A stretch of DNA of 63,951 nt, the filler included, from Rhabdomonas costata (taxonomy: Eukaryota), in NCBI GenBank assembly GCA_019059605.1. It is 42 parts of 42 records of this genome, joined end to end, with 100 filler letters (N's around TTAATTAATTAA, not from the genome) between each part and the next. Parts side by side here need not be neighbours in the genome. Positions count along the whole stretch, not along the records: positions 1 to 1,426 come from JAHMHO010016277.1; positions 1,527 to 2,954 come from JAHMHO010016278.1; positions 3,055 to 4,479 come from JAHMHO010016279.1; positions 4,580 to 6,005 come from JAHMHO010016280.1; positions 6,106 to 7,531 come from JAHMHO010016281.1; positions 7,632 to 9,057 come from JAHMHO010016282.1; positions 9,158 to 10,582 come from JAHMHO010016283.1; positions 10,683 to 12,108 come from JAHMHO010016284.1; 34 more parts are not named here. One strand, given 5' to 3'. The stretch's first letter is position 1. Each line of letters begins with the position of its first letter. Both the position numbers and the translations under genes were made by a program. The notes under the pieces are model-generated. The model searched no databases, was not told the origin of the DNA, and worked only from the letters and a program-made list of their open reading frames with translations. Positions 1 to 11,903 of this stretch are shown piece by piece.

Positions 1-34
1 GGGGTGTGTGGAAGAGCTAGCTGAGGCCCACCAG

Positions 35-1166
35 CCGGACAGATTTGCCCTCCGCCATGGCCAGCCGTTTGGCATCGAGCTGCATCAGCATCAGCTGGTG
101 GGCCTCAGCTAGCTCTTCCACCACGTCCCCCAAGTCCGCACCCTAAGGCAGCAGGGCGGGACATTTCAAGGAAACAAGACGGACACCGCGGGAGGGGGGC
201 GGGGGACTTTAGGAGTTTAGGGTTTGAAGGTTGCGTTTGAAGGTTGCAAAGGGTGCGAAGGTTGCAGAGGTGGAAGCAGGGCCTCCTCTGGGCTCTCCGA
301 TATGGAAGCGAAAATAGGAAAACCGGAACTCGTCGATCCATAAAACACAGGCGGAGGGGTTCGATACACGTTCAAAGGATCATTCCCAGCCGTCGTCGCA
401 CTATGTCGGTAGGCATTCTGGGAGGCATACCGCAGTCAGCTTTGCTTTTATCTTCTCCGAAAGCAAATCGCAAGAGACGTGTGTCAGCAGATCCATCTCC
501 GTCACCGTGAGCGGGCGCTTCATCTCTCCCAATAGCGACTGCATCACCGCCGGAAGGGAACTCACCGTGGTTTTCGTCCTGCGATACTTCACCGCTTCAA
601 ACACCTTCCTAAGCTCTTCCATGGTCAGCTCCAGATCCGCCCCTGTGTGAAGTCACGCCAGTCGAGATACCAGATTTCTTGACAGCCATTTCTTTGCAGC
701 GCAACCAACAAATACAACACAGCACTGAAAGTTACAAACCTTCCGATAATCCTCAAAATCTCAAAACCTTCCGATAAAACTCAAGATCGGGTGGCGGCTA
801 ATTAATTTTCGTTCCGATGATGCCAAGCTCTGACCTCACCATTTTGAGGCTACAAGCTCGTTCCAAGACAAGGCAGAGTGGCCTCTATGATGACTCCTTG
901 ACATAAATCTAGCTAAGAGACCCTAAAACTGAAAAGAGCCGAAACAAACGACACGCAGCAACCCAAACATAAACAATCGCATGCAACCCACACACCCTTC
1001 GAAAGGTCAGCGTTGACCTTCGCCACGCCTTGTGCCGAAAGGCATTGCAGAAGCTCTTCCTCCTCAGGGCACAGAGGGCGCTGCAACCCCTCGGACACAA
1101 CCTCGGTCAGTGACATTGCACAGGCTTGAAAAGAGCTCAGCAGACAATAAGCTCGGGTCCTGGGTC
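35..1166 (-). CDS. Uncharacterised helical-repeat protein, 3 exons (1166-996, 642-431, 141-~35), partial
   Basis: GT-AG joins give RPLCPEEEELLQCLS..KVNADLSK-GADLELTMEEL followed by RPLTVTEMDLLTHVS..KIKAKLTA-GADLG(D)VVEEL, an internal repeat. Exon 3 needs one extra G in the run at 127-130. Confidence 0.55.
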
Positions 1167-1426
1167 CTGGAAAAGAAAACGCAGTTCAGGCCAAAATTGA
1201 TGCTGCCCTACTGCGGGGAGAAGGTTGGGCAAATCGGATTCCAAGATGGCACCCTTCCCAGAAGATCTGTCATTGAAGTGAAACGTGGGAATTGTGAAAT
1301 GAACCGCGTAGGAACTGCACGCGACACAAGCAGATCCACCGATGGGCAAAGCGGGGTGAGACAACGGTGAATCTGCTTGTGTCGCGTGCAGTTCCTACGC
1401 GGTTCATTTCACAATTCCCACACACC

Positions 1427-1526
1427 NNNNNNNNNNNNNNNNNNNNNNNNNNNNNNNNNNNNNNNNNNNNTTAATTAATTAANNNNNNNNNNNNNNNNNN
1501 NNNNNNNNNNNNNNNNNNNNNNNNNN
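1427..1526. other. Artificial contig-joining spacer (first of 41, recurring about every 1.52 kb up to 62427-62526)
   Basis: N-run + TTAATTAATTAA (stops in all six frames) + N-run, repeated identically; the intervening contigs are all about 1.42 kb, as in a length-sorted assembly. Confidence 0.99.
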
Positions 1527-2903
1527 AACGGAATCCCCACAGAGGTAAGGTGAAGCGGACCTATCCAAAGGCGTATTCTTCGTCGAGAAGAAGAGCAACA
1601 CGTTTTGCATGCCCGAACACAAAACAACAACACCAACAACAACAACCCAGACCCTGGGCAGCGCAATGTTGGAGATGCTGTTTCGAGGGTAAGCACAGAA
1701 ATCTGTCGGCCAATGGAAGCACAAAACACCCATAAGGAATAGCCCAAGCAAATGTCAAACGTCAAACAAAACAAAGAAAAGGCGGAAGGCGTGGCCCAAC
1801 AGCAGCGAGGATGAGAACCCACACACGACCCGCGGGAATCTCGATGAATTGTTTTTTGCTTCTCCTTTATCCTCTTCACATTCTACACAACGCGAGGAGG
1901 AAGTGCCGCTCTTGAAAAAAACCGATAAAGAAGAGCGGCGTAGTGCGCAGCACGCAATACGCAGTGCATAGTACGACGACCGGGAAGGGGTCACCGGCCA
2001 GAGAGGAGGGAGGCCGGATGGTTTCTACAGTTGAAGAAAAAAGGAAGGAGTGCCCTTGTGTTTCGCTTTGTGTGTGCGTGTAGGTGTGTGCGGTTGGGTG
2101 TTTGGGTGTCGGAGACACCTGCAGGGGGTAGGTACACGAAAATCGAAAATGAGGAAAAGGTGAACACGAAAAGCGCAGTGGGGGATAGGGAAGCCTGCCT
2201 GTGCAGGCTGGACAGGAATAAAATTAGCAACCGAGGAGACGGAGACGCGTAAGAAGAAGGAGAATTGCTTGCTATTTGGCGGGGGGGGGGGGGGGCACTG
2301 GCACACGGAGAGGGAGTTGTCCGCTCCGCAGCGGGGTGAGGCAGTTGGAAAAGAGAAAGCAGCAAGGCTGTTCAACTTCGCCCCCCCCTAGCATTTTACG
2401 GGGAAGATACAAGGGAAAGGGACAACTGGGCCATCTGAGCCAGCCAGTTGCCTGGTGGCCATGAATGCCGGCTCGACCGCAACCCATGTTGGCAAGCACA
2501 AGGTGAGCGGAAAGAGATGTGAAGACATCCCATTGCTGCAGGAGCGGTGCACCGTGCACACATACGGTTCCTGGCAGGGTGCATGTGGTGCGCTCATGGC
2601 AGCGGCAAGAGAGAGATGAATACCACGCAGTGAAGAGAACGGTCAAGAGGGGTGTGGAAGACGAATGAGGACTGAGCGTGGGCTGAGGAAAGGATGAAGG
2701 AAGAATGAGGCGTTACTGTGTTGAAGAAACCCATCAGGCGGAAAATGAAAAAAGTCTGCGGAAGGGTTGGGAAGAGGGGGGCGGCGCCAGGGCTGTGGAG
2801 ACCAGCTGTGGAGTCAAGCCTTGCTGCGCCAACATGATTGTTGTCAAGTCCGAATGCAAGAATGCCACGGACGATAGCATATCGTACTCGCCTACCGCAG
2901 ACG

Positions 2904-2905
<2 letters not shown>

Positions 2906-2942
<37 letters not shown>

Positions 2943-2953
2943 AGACACAAACA
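2906..2953. repeat. (CA)n microsatellite
   Basis: Read directly. Other microsatellites: (TG)n ~3592-3615, (AC)n ~39090-39110, (GTCG)n ~40363-40384, (GA)n ~54363-54394, (GTGTG)n ~55529-55555. Confidence 0.95.
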
Positions 2954-4113
2954 ANNNNNNNNNNNNNNNNNNNNNNNNNNNNNNNNNNNNNNNNNNNNTT
3001 AATTAATTAANNNNNNNNNNNNNNNNNNNNNNNNNNNNNNNNNNNNNNNNNNNNGGGTTTTTGTGATTTCGTCGGGGTTTTGCGCCTGAGTTGAGAAAGA
3101 CACTTTGCAACATGATGTTCACATATTATTCGGATGGAAAAGCATTAATTTAAAGCAAAGCAGAAACTGTCAGAGAGAATGTACGGAGAAAAAATGTGGG
3201 ACTGCGAGGGACTGATGAAAATGTGGAAGCATCGGCAATACTAATGCTGGTGGCTGGAAGGGGGGATGGGGTGCTGACGCATTTTTCTTTCACGGATGAT
3301 GGCTCAGGGACTGTAAAGGAAATAAGCCTAACAGACAAAACGTGCAAGCAAGCAAGGAAACAAACGTGGCGGGTGGGAGGGAATGAAAGGAAGAAAGGTG
3401 GGGTTAGGTGTGTGTGTGTGTAGATGAGTTGTTGAAGCTGCAGGCTTCCATCCTTTCAAAAGGGAAAGAGCATTGTTTGTGCAGAGGCAAGTATTCGAGT
3501 CGAGCTAGCGTTGCCCGCCTCTTGTGATACAGGAGCACCAAAATCGCTTGCTACTCTCTATTTCCAGAGGTGTGATCCTTCCAAAAATTTCTGTGTGTGT
3601 GTGTGTGTGTGTGTCTGTGTTAGTGTATGTTTTTGAAAGCGCTCCTTGCTTCCGAATCAAAAACCGAATTTTCCCGCCGCCGAGTGTGACGCTGAGGAGG
3701 AGTTGTGGAATTGATTGATTGCTGAGCACATGTTGAACCCAGCTGTGTCCAGCGCGAATATTTTTCCTCTCCTTAAGCGGATCATGTTTTGCCCCTGACA
3801 ATTGGGCATTTTTCCGAATGTGTGGCGACTGCCTTCAATTGTTTCAAAAGGTTGAATCGATGGTACGGTCAGCCGAACATGACTTCCAGCACCGTAGACG
3901 AAGGGGGTATTTTTTCAGAAAAGTTTTATTATATTTCATTTCTTTTCGCGGTTTCGGAGTTCATTAAGCAAGCTTCAATATCGCGGTCAGGGTGATGAGT
4001 ACAGCCCCCTCGTCTTTTTTAAGGAATTCATTTGTCTTCTTGAGCATATGTGACTTTCTGGCATCTCACTGTGACACTGCATCTCTCGTTATGTTTTCTT
4101 CTCTTTCCATTAG

Positions 4114-4400
4114 GAATGCGTGCAGGTTGTTTTTGACCCGGAACAGATCTCTTACGCCGAGCTCTTGGAGCTGTTTTGGAAGAAGCACAACCCTGGGGTG
4201 GTGACCCAACCGCAGTACCGCTCCGTCATCTTTACCCACGATAAGCTGCAATACCAGCAGGCCCTGGCCTCTAAGGTCGTCCAAGCTGCCTCCCGGGGTC
4301 GCTCCGTGACCACCGTGGTGCGCGAAGCCGGACACTTCACTCCGGCCGAGGATTACCACCAGAAATACTACGAGAAGCTCAAGCGGAAGAAGGAAAAGCG
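4114..4400 (+). CDS. msrA: Peptide methionine sulfoxide reductase A, internal/C-terminal exon
   Basis: ECVQVVFDPEQISYAELLELFW..HNP..QYRSVIF..FTPAEDYHQKYY matches MsrA motifs; polypyrimidine-TAG acceptor at 4113 and GTGCGT donor at 4401. Confidence 0.93.
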
Positions 4401-6205
4401 GTGCGTGATTTCCTTAAAAAAGACGAGGGGGCTGTACTCATCACCCTGACCGCGATATTGAAGCTTGCTTAATGAACCCNNNNNNNNNNNNNNNNNNNNN
4501 NNNNNNNNNNNNNNNNNNNNNNNTTAATTAATTAANNNNNNNNNNNNNNNNNNNNNNNNNNNNNNNNNNNNNNNNNNNNGTTTTTTTGTAAGGCTGATGT
4601 AAGGCTGCCAGACCCTTCATAGGGAAATTGCACGGTATGGCTGAACTCTAGGTTTATATAATATCGCAAAAGAAACGATTTTCTCAATGTCGTGATGCAG
4701 CAGTTCCCGTGCTTGGTTAAGTGGGACATCAGGAATCGGGACATGAGGAAGTCGTCAGGACAATTCCGGGTGTTCCGTTCATTGGTGGCCAAAAAAATTG
4801 GGTTGGTGTTATACATTGTATTTGCGAGCATTTACATTGAGTTTGAACAGAATCGGTGACCTCCTCGGAGTTCAAGTCAAACGTAAAATGGAACGCACAA
4901 TAAACTTTGTCGAAAACTCTCAAAAAAAAAAGTAGTCCCCCAAAACTGCTGTTTCTCCTGCATCACAGTGTCTACCTCTAGACTTTCTATCTTTCCTTTT
5001 CCAAGAATCCTTCAGCCTTCAGCCAGCATACTCCTCGATTTTGTGTGGTGTGCCCGCATGCGCTGGGTGCTGGAGCAAGCCCCACAGAAAAAGAAAGGAG
5101 TGATTTCTGAAGGGAAGAAGGTGACCGATGGGGAAGGAGACATGGGGTGGACCTTTTTGCGGTGCTGATTTTTTCCCCAATTTTCTTCCCCTTCTGCCTC
5201 TCGAAGCGGTGATGATGGGGAAGAGGGGGAAGGTGACGATGGTGGGGAGGAGGATGACGAGGACCGCCCCGCGGTTACTGCGCTGCCCGTGGGGGGTCAC
5301 CGCGGGGTCACAGGGTGCGTTGCTCACTTCCTCGTACTCTTTCTCCACGGCACAACACAATCCATCATTACGCGATTTCTTTTTCAAATTCCTCGCCTCC
5401 GCCAGGTCGGCGTTTGTCTCAGGTGTCCAATGCGCTTTTATAATGTATCGCTGTGGACACCGAGATTTTACTTTTGGACGCATAGGTTTGTAAGTCCGGG
5501 ATGTGATCCCTCATCTGGATAGTTACGCATACAAAGTAGGGTTCACAAGACATGTTTGATACTGCTTTGTTGATCCCAAGGGCCATGTGCGCATAGTTTG
5601 AACGTTGGGAAAGCCAGGGCTGGGGCGCAGCAAAAGGTAAAATGAGGCATTTCAACTGGGTTTTTAGGCTTGGAATTTCTTCTCTGTGAAGCCACGGCTG
5701 CTGGAAACCTTGCAAGCGACGATTGACTACTTATTGAGTGAAATAAGCGTGTCATGGTGAGAGCCTCCTGAACAGCCTCCCTTTGCCCGCTGTCATTTTT
5801 GGAATCATATGGCACTTGCATGTCATAAGTGAGCGATAAACGGCAGTAAACGTCAGATATTTACACTTACACTCATGCAGAACTATATGTGCACATGCAT
5901 ACAAGGCGGAGGATGAAACCCTTGCAGCACTATTTCAGCTCCACCTGCAATAGATGTGTTTTTGGGGCTGTTATTACAGCGAAAAGCACCACCTTTGACA
6001 AAAAANNNNNNNNNNNNNNNNNNNNNNNNNNNNNNNNNNNNNNNNNNNNTTAATTAATTAANNNNNNNNNNNNNNNNNNNNNNNNNNNNNNNNNNNNNNN
6101 NNNNNGGGGGGGTGTTGCCCTCTGACATCTGCCAAACGCCTAACGTTAAGCAGATGTCAGAGGGCAACACCCTCACCACGCGCCACTCCTTTGCCTCATA
6201 GGAAC

Positions 6206-7531
6206 CTTTTGAGAGGAGCTAAAGTCGTAGTCCAGGATCTGGGCCAGCGCAGAAGAGTCGACGTGCACCACCCCGTCTGGGGCTGTCCAGACCCCAGAGA
6301 GGATCTCCGGTGTAGTAGCGATGTGACTGCGAAAACGAAGAAACAAATGGAGGAAGGATTTTGTCGAGGGGGGGGGGCAATTCGGCTTCTAGTGATTTTT
6401 AGGTGAATTGTATTGTCAATTGATGCTATTTGACAGTTTAAATAGTCGGGTTGAGGGGTCAGTCAGAAGTGAAGGAATCAGGCTAAGAACAAAGCATCAC
6501 AGGATAGTGAGAGTAAGGAACTGAACTGGGATGTGTTGGGATAATGGATTGGATTAAGAGATGAGCCCTGCCTGTCAGGACGAGAGGAAGGGGTGAGGGA
6601 GGTGAGCAGGGGAGGTGTAGTGTGTATATTTCTCACATCCACTGCCCTTCACCACCACTAAAGCGCACCTCATCAGCTCGGAGATCATCGTAGGGTGCCA
6701 GCTGACCTTCTTCCCAATGATGTGGCAGAGGTCATCCGGAATCAGGTCCAGGTCCAGAGTGTTTTCCTTGAAGCCCTGCTGCAGGAACTCCCGCACGTCC
6801 TGTGAGAGCGGCGCGGTTGAGGTGTGTGCGTGTGCGTGGGGGAGGCGAGACAAAGCAGAGGCAAATCAGCAAACATGCAGAAGCCATGCACATGCCATAC
6901 ATAGAACACGACAAGTGGACTCAGCCGTAGCATTGACCAACGGCTGCTCACCACACCCAGCGGGACCCAGCGCTTTCGATTCTTTCGGAGGTATATTCCA
7001 TGACTTGTGGTTCGACGTGTGACTCTTTCTCAGCAGCGGGTACTGACACGAAGGAATTCGCGCGCCTGAAAATCTTAAAAATCCCAGCTCAACTCCAAGA
7101 ATGTTAGCCAAATCCCGACCCTGTGGCTTCCCCCTTCGAGCGAGTGATTTTCGAAGATATTCTGAATTGCTCGGGCACATCAATGGGGTCACTGCGAATT
7201 GTAGTCATTCAGAGTTTACCTGCACGTTGAGCTCCATCAGGCGTTGCCGGAACGTCCCCTTGGGCAGGATCCCGATGCCCCCCTCCTCGATAAACAGTAC
7301 CTGCACACATGGAACCAAGAAAAAGGGAAAACGGAGGGAAAGGTGAGCAGAACTCAAGCGATGGTGCGGGGTGAGGGGTCTACGGGTGCCTGTAGGAAGG
7401 GCTGGCCGCTCTCGCAGGCCCACAAGTGGAGCTCCTCGGTGAGCCTTTGCGAGTGGGGGTCCATGTTGTGCGCGTCGTCGATGCACAACACCAGCGCCCG
7501 CACGCGGGTGGTGAAGGCCTGCAGCATCCCC
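6206..7531 (-). CDS. STAND/AAA-type P-loop NTPase region (soluble adenylate cyclase ADCY10-like architecture), 4 exons (7531-7390, 7300-7220, 6799-6669, 6326-6206)
   Basis: Walker-B-like LVLCIDDAHNMDPHS, then LMELNVQDVREFL..IPDDLCHIIGKKVSWHPTMISELM, which resembles the GxP helical motif of STAND NTPases; splice phases are consistent. Confidence 0.6.
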
Positions 7532-7724
7532 NNNNNNNNNNNNNNNNNNNNNNNNNNNNNNNNNNNNNNNNNNNNTTAATTAATTAANNNNNNNNNNNNN
7601 NNNNNNNNNNNNNNNNNNNNNNNNNNNNNNNGTTTGTGGGTTGCTGGCCTGTAAAAAAGAGGAATGCATTTTAGTTGGCACACTGGCAGCGCCCCGAGTG
7701 TGCCACTGTGTTTTCTCCCGTCAG

Positions 7725-8807
7725 GAGTATGCCATGGCGAACAAGATGTGGCAGTTCAGTCCCACAGATATGTGTGAGATTGCCCGCAGCAGCGTGCTGC
7801 AGAGCGGCTTTGGCCACGACGTGCTGAAGCACTGGCTGGGCGAGCTTTACTTCCTCTCCAGCTCCAACGGTGCGTGGCTGTCACTTGCCCTCTCCAATGC
7901 GGTTTGGCGGTGATGTTTGTGTGGTTGTGGAAAGGCACTTCACATGCATTTCCAAAGACTGAGACCATCGCCTCTCTCATGGTAAGCGTGGCAAAGGGCA
8001 TCTTGGACTCACTCAGTGGAGGTCCTTGGTTGGTGGTTTTAGTGGTTTCCGCCTGGCGGTCGAGACGGTTTTGTTCTTGGACTCACTTCGGAGGTTCAAG
8101 CATCCATTTTTCTGTCGTGCAGGAAACGCCCCCGAGGCGTCGCACTGCCCAGACATTCGGATTGCCTACCGCTTCGAGGTTTGTGCGCCGTGTATTTTGC
8201 CAAAGGGCGGGAAACGGTCCTCACTGACGTTTGAGGAAGGTGATATTGTTTCGCTGTAAAATATCTTGCTACGGCTGAGCAGAGCCCTCCAGGTGTCCCT
8301 CGGACCATTGAGTAAACGGTGTGCGCGCAGCGGTCCCTGCGACCGTGGTTTGAATGAATGGGTTGGGTGCGAGGGTTAGGGGCCCTTCCCCCTCTCCCTG
8401 ATCAGCCTCCGAAGGTCCTTTCATAATTTCCTTTCAAAAAAAGGTGTACGGGCCCTCAATGGAGTTTGTTAATGGCACTTAACAACGAACGTCCGACGCC
8501 TCAGGTGTGGTTGTCTACCCCTTTGCGACCTTTTTTTTTCACTGTACCCTGCCTCCTACAAATCATTTAGGTGTACCACGCCGAGGTGGACTACCTGGAG
8601 TGCGTCGCCGGGGACAAGTTCCGGCGGTACATGCTCACCAGCCGAGAGGAGCTGGACATAGTTAAGTGCCTCAGGACAAAGCTTCTCCGAGAGAGGTCCG
8701 CATGGCTGCGCGAGTGTGTCAGCGTATACAAACAAACCGGGGTCGTTTCGCGGCCCAAGGCACCCTCCCTCCAAATCGCCAAACTTTTCGGGGTGAACAC
8801 CTTTTAG
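7725..8807 (+). CDS. AMPD: AMP deaminase C-terminal region, exons 7725-7869, 8123-8178, 8571-(8695 or 8807)
   Basis: Spliced product EYAMANKMWQFSPTDMCEIARSSVLQSGF..WLG..LSSSNGNAPEASHCPDIRIAYRFEVYHAEVDYLE matches the conserved AMP deaminase C-terminus in its kinetoplastid-like form. Confidence 0.93.
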
Positions 8808-11020
8808 ACTGCCCTACAGGTCCGGCATACTGACCACACAAGGGGGAAAGTTTGCTGTCACACAAAATGGCAAGCCACGCATACACCGTCCCAACAGCTT
8901 GCCAACTTTTGAGGGATAGATGGGGAGGCTCTCACCTCACTTCTTTCGAAGCGCGTCTCCTCTGGGGTTCTTAGTGAGCACAGGCCTCGCTGCCACTTGA
9001 GCCCGCGGTCTGGGGTGCGACCAAGAGATGACATCCCGTTGGTTGCACCCCAAAACCNNNNNNNNNNNNNNNNNNNNNNNNNNNNNNNNNNNNNNNNNNN
9101 NTTAATTAATTAANNNNNNNNNNNNNNNNNNNNNNNNNNNNNNNNNNNNNNNNNNNNGGGGGGTTTGTTGTCCGTCGTTAAATGTGTGTCATATGGGTGC
9201 ATGTGCTGGTTGATCTCGTTGTTTTTAACGTTCAGGTTGTGTGGATTTTATCCCTGGGTTAAATGGAAATGGTTCTCGATCTGTGTTTGTTTAAGTCTCG
9301 CGACTGTGATAGAGCCTTCCGTTCACGGCTTCCTGCAGTTTTCTCTCCAAGTGTATGTGCATGTGCACGTTACTTGCAGCTTTTCATACAAACGGTGTAG
9401 CTGCAGTGCCCCATGTCGCTGGGGGGGGGGGACAGTATGGAGTAGGTGTTTGTTTATTTGCTGTGTTTATTGACGCAGGAGGCCGAATTGAGCTTCGCTA
9501 CCACATGGAATGCTTCAGCGGGCATGCCGACCCGCGCTCTCAGAGCCAGAGCAGCGCCACAGACCGCTGGCAAGGCCACGTGGGACCTGTTGCTCCCAAG
9601 GAACCCTTTAGGAAGATGAGAACAGCCTCGCAGTTTTGATGCCTGTATTTTCCATGTGTTTCCAATGTACTTGTAGTGTGTGTGGCAGGTATGCGGGTGG
9701 CCCCTCACTCATATACCTTCACGGCGTTGGTACATCATGGTGGCTGGTACTTTTGCTGTAAAAACATTCGGTAAAACCATGTTTTTTCTTTCATAACAAA
9801 GCGAGTTGTACGTCCCGCGGAGAAGCGAGCTCAAATCTCCCGCAGAGAAGGGCTGATTTAATTGTGGGAGCCACCTGGTAGCACTCAACGAGAGCACTAG
9901 CTGGAATTGGCTTTCTTGACAGCTGGGTGTCCTGTGGGTTGGAGCGGCTTCAGTCGCGAGGGTTCCCCCAGACCGCCTCACTGATCCTTCTAAATTGTCT
10001 GAGCTCCTGCACGTTGGCGCCCCATTTGTGGAAGAGCTGGCGTTTGTTGCCCAGGTGGCCATCAGCGGCCATCAGTTCTGCCTAGGGCATCATGGTGCGG
10101 GTTACTTTCCGGAAGTGCCGTCAGGTTCAGTTTGCCGCCGTCCACAGTCAGATGGCCGGGGCCCACGGAGCCTTTTTGCTAGGCCCGCATGGCGTCACGG
10201 GGGTTTGCCTACTCGCTTGGTCACGCGCCGACCGATCCACCCAAGCAGCTACCAATGCCGGTGGCTGCGGCGTGCGCCGCTCGCCTTCGAGGTGGCGCAA
10301 TGGGAGCGCTGGTGCCGTTTTCTAGCAACGGGACGTTCCAAAACCTGTGGGTGCCGGCTTGCTGTTCCGCGCGCGTCCGCGCCGTCGTCCACGTAGTGCC
10401 GTTTTTTGTCCAGCGCAAATTGCTGGAGGTCCTCCGCAACCTGCCCCAACGAGCGGACTTGTCGTTGCGTCATTGCTGATCTGGTCAGTCGCCGGCTTTT
10501 TCCCGGTGGCGGCATCCTCTGACGGTGGACGCGTCCTCTGAAAACGATGGCGCCGAACCGCGCGCGTGCACAGCGCAAGCCTNNNNNNNNNNNNNNNNNN
10601 NNNNNNNNNNNNNNNNNNNNNNNNNNTTAATTAATTAANNNNNNNNNNNNNNNNNNNNNNNNNNNNNNNNNNNNNNNNNNNNGTGGTTGGGGATTTTGCG
10701 TTCATGGCTCATCTGACCAGTATCTTGGGGGGGGGGGAATGGATGCTTTGCAACAATGAGAGTTTCAGCGCCCCGAGAATTTGACCCAAGATACTGGTCA
10801 GATGAGCCATGAACGCAAAATCCCCAGCCGACCACAGGGGTCACTGTCACTTGCTGGGCCACTGACGATTACTGCTATGGTGTCCAGGTAGTCATTGAAC
10901 AAAGACAGGGTTCGTGATATATCATGCAACAGAAAGAAAGGAGGGGTGCTGTGGGCAGAGTGGGCTGGCAAGTGTGGAGAAAACCATTGGAAAGAAACAA
11001 AGTGGACACCACCACAGCAC

Positions 11021-11903
11021 CTGCTCTTGGAGACCACTGCCTTCCTCTGCGGGTTCCTGCCCGCACAGCTCCTCCAGAGCGAAGAGCAGCTCCAGCTCGT
11101 GTCCGTCGAAGAGCTGCTGCAGGCAACTCCGCCACGGCTGCAGGCCCCTCTGCAGCGCTGAGCAGAGGGCCTCCGGGGCTATCGTGGGCGCAGCCACCGC
11201 TGGGGAGAGAAGGGACACATGCCCACTCTTCTCTCATCCTTCGGCCAATCAATCCCAAGGAAGGTTCTCGAGAGGAAAAGGGGAGCAGACGTTGCCAAGG
11301 GTGAAGCCGAAGCAGGCCTGGGCATTTTGCCTCAGGAACCTCAAAGCCCTATGGTGACGTGACGAACTTGGGAACTGGGTTTGCCGAGAATGCAACAAAT
11401 CTTTACTTCAGAATAATGCATCTTCTTGCGCTGTCGAGGTACCATTGTTGCAGACACTGTTTGTTTGACATTCAAATGACTACGTCAACTTTTGTGGCTC
11501 CAACCAAAAGTTTCCGCGAAGGAAACGAAACCAAATTGTTTCTTCACGGTTGGCATTTTACATCCCAACAAAAGAAGAGGAGTGGAGGGTGAAATGGGAT
11601 TGTCGGGCGAGAACGCAGGAAAATGAGGTAGCCAAGAAATTATGGAGGGAAGAAAAACGCAAATTCCCTACCAGCGCTGCAAAGAGCATATTCCAGCAAG
11701 ACGCGGAGAAAACTTTCGACCCCCACTTGCATACTTATGCTTACAGTTCTACCTCTCAGTTTAAGACACAATGGTTCAAATCACAACCCAATAGTCAAGA
11801 GCAATTTGTCCCCTCTCCTCCCTCGCTTCTCACCTTCAGAGTCAACGAGCACCTCCGGGAGCAGCTGCATCTCGAGATCGCTCAGGATCTGGCGAAGCAA
11901 GAC
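11021..11903 (-). CDS. Helical protein fragment, possibly a W2 domain (eIF2B-epsilon/eIF5 type); exons 11903-11834, 11199-11021
   Basis: Phase-consistent GT-AG join; LQPWRSCLQQLFDGHELELLFALEELC loosely resembles W2 helices. The family call is weak. Confidence 0.35.
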
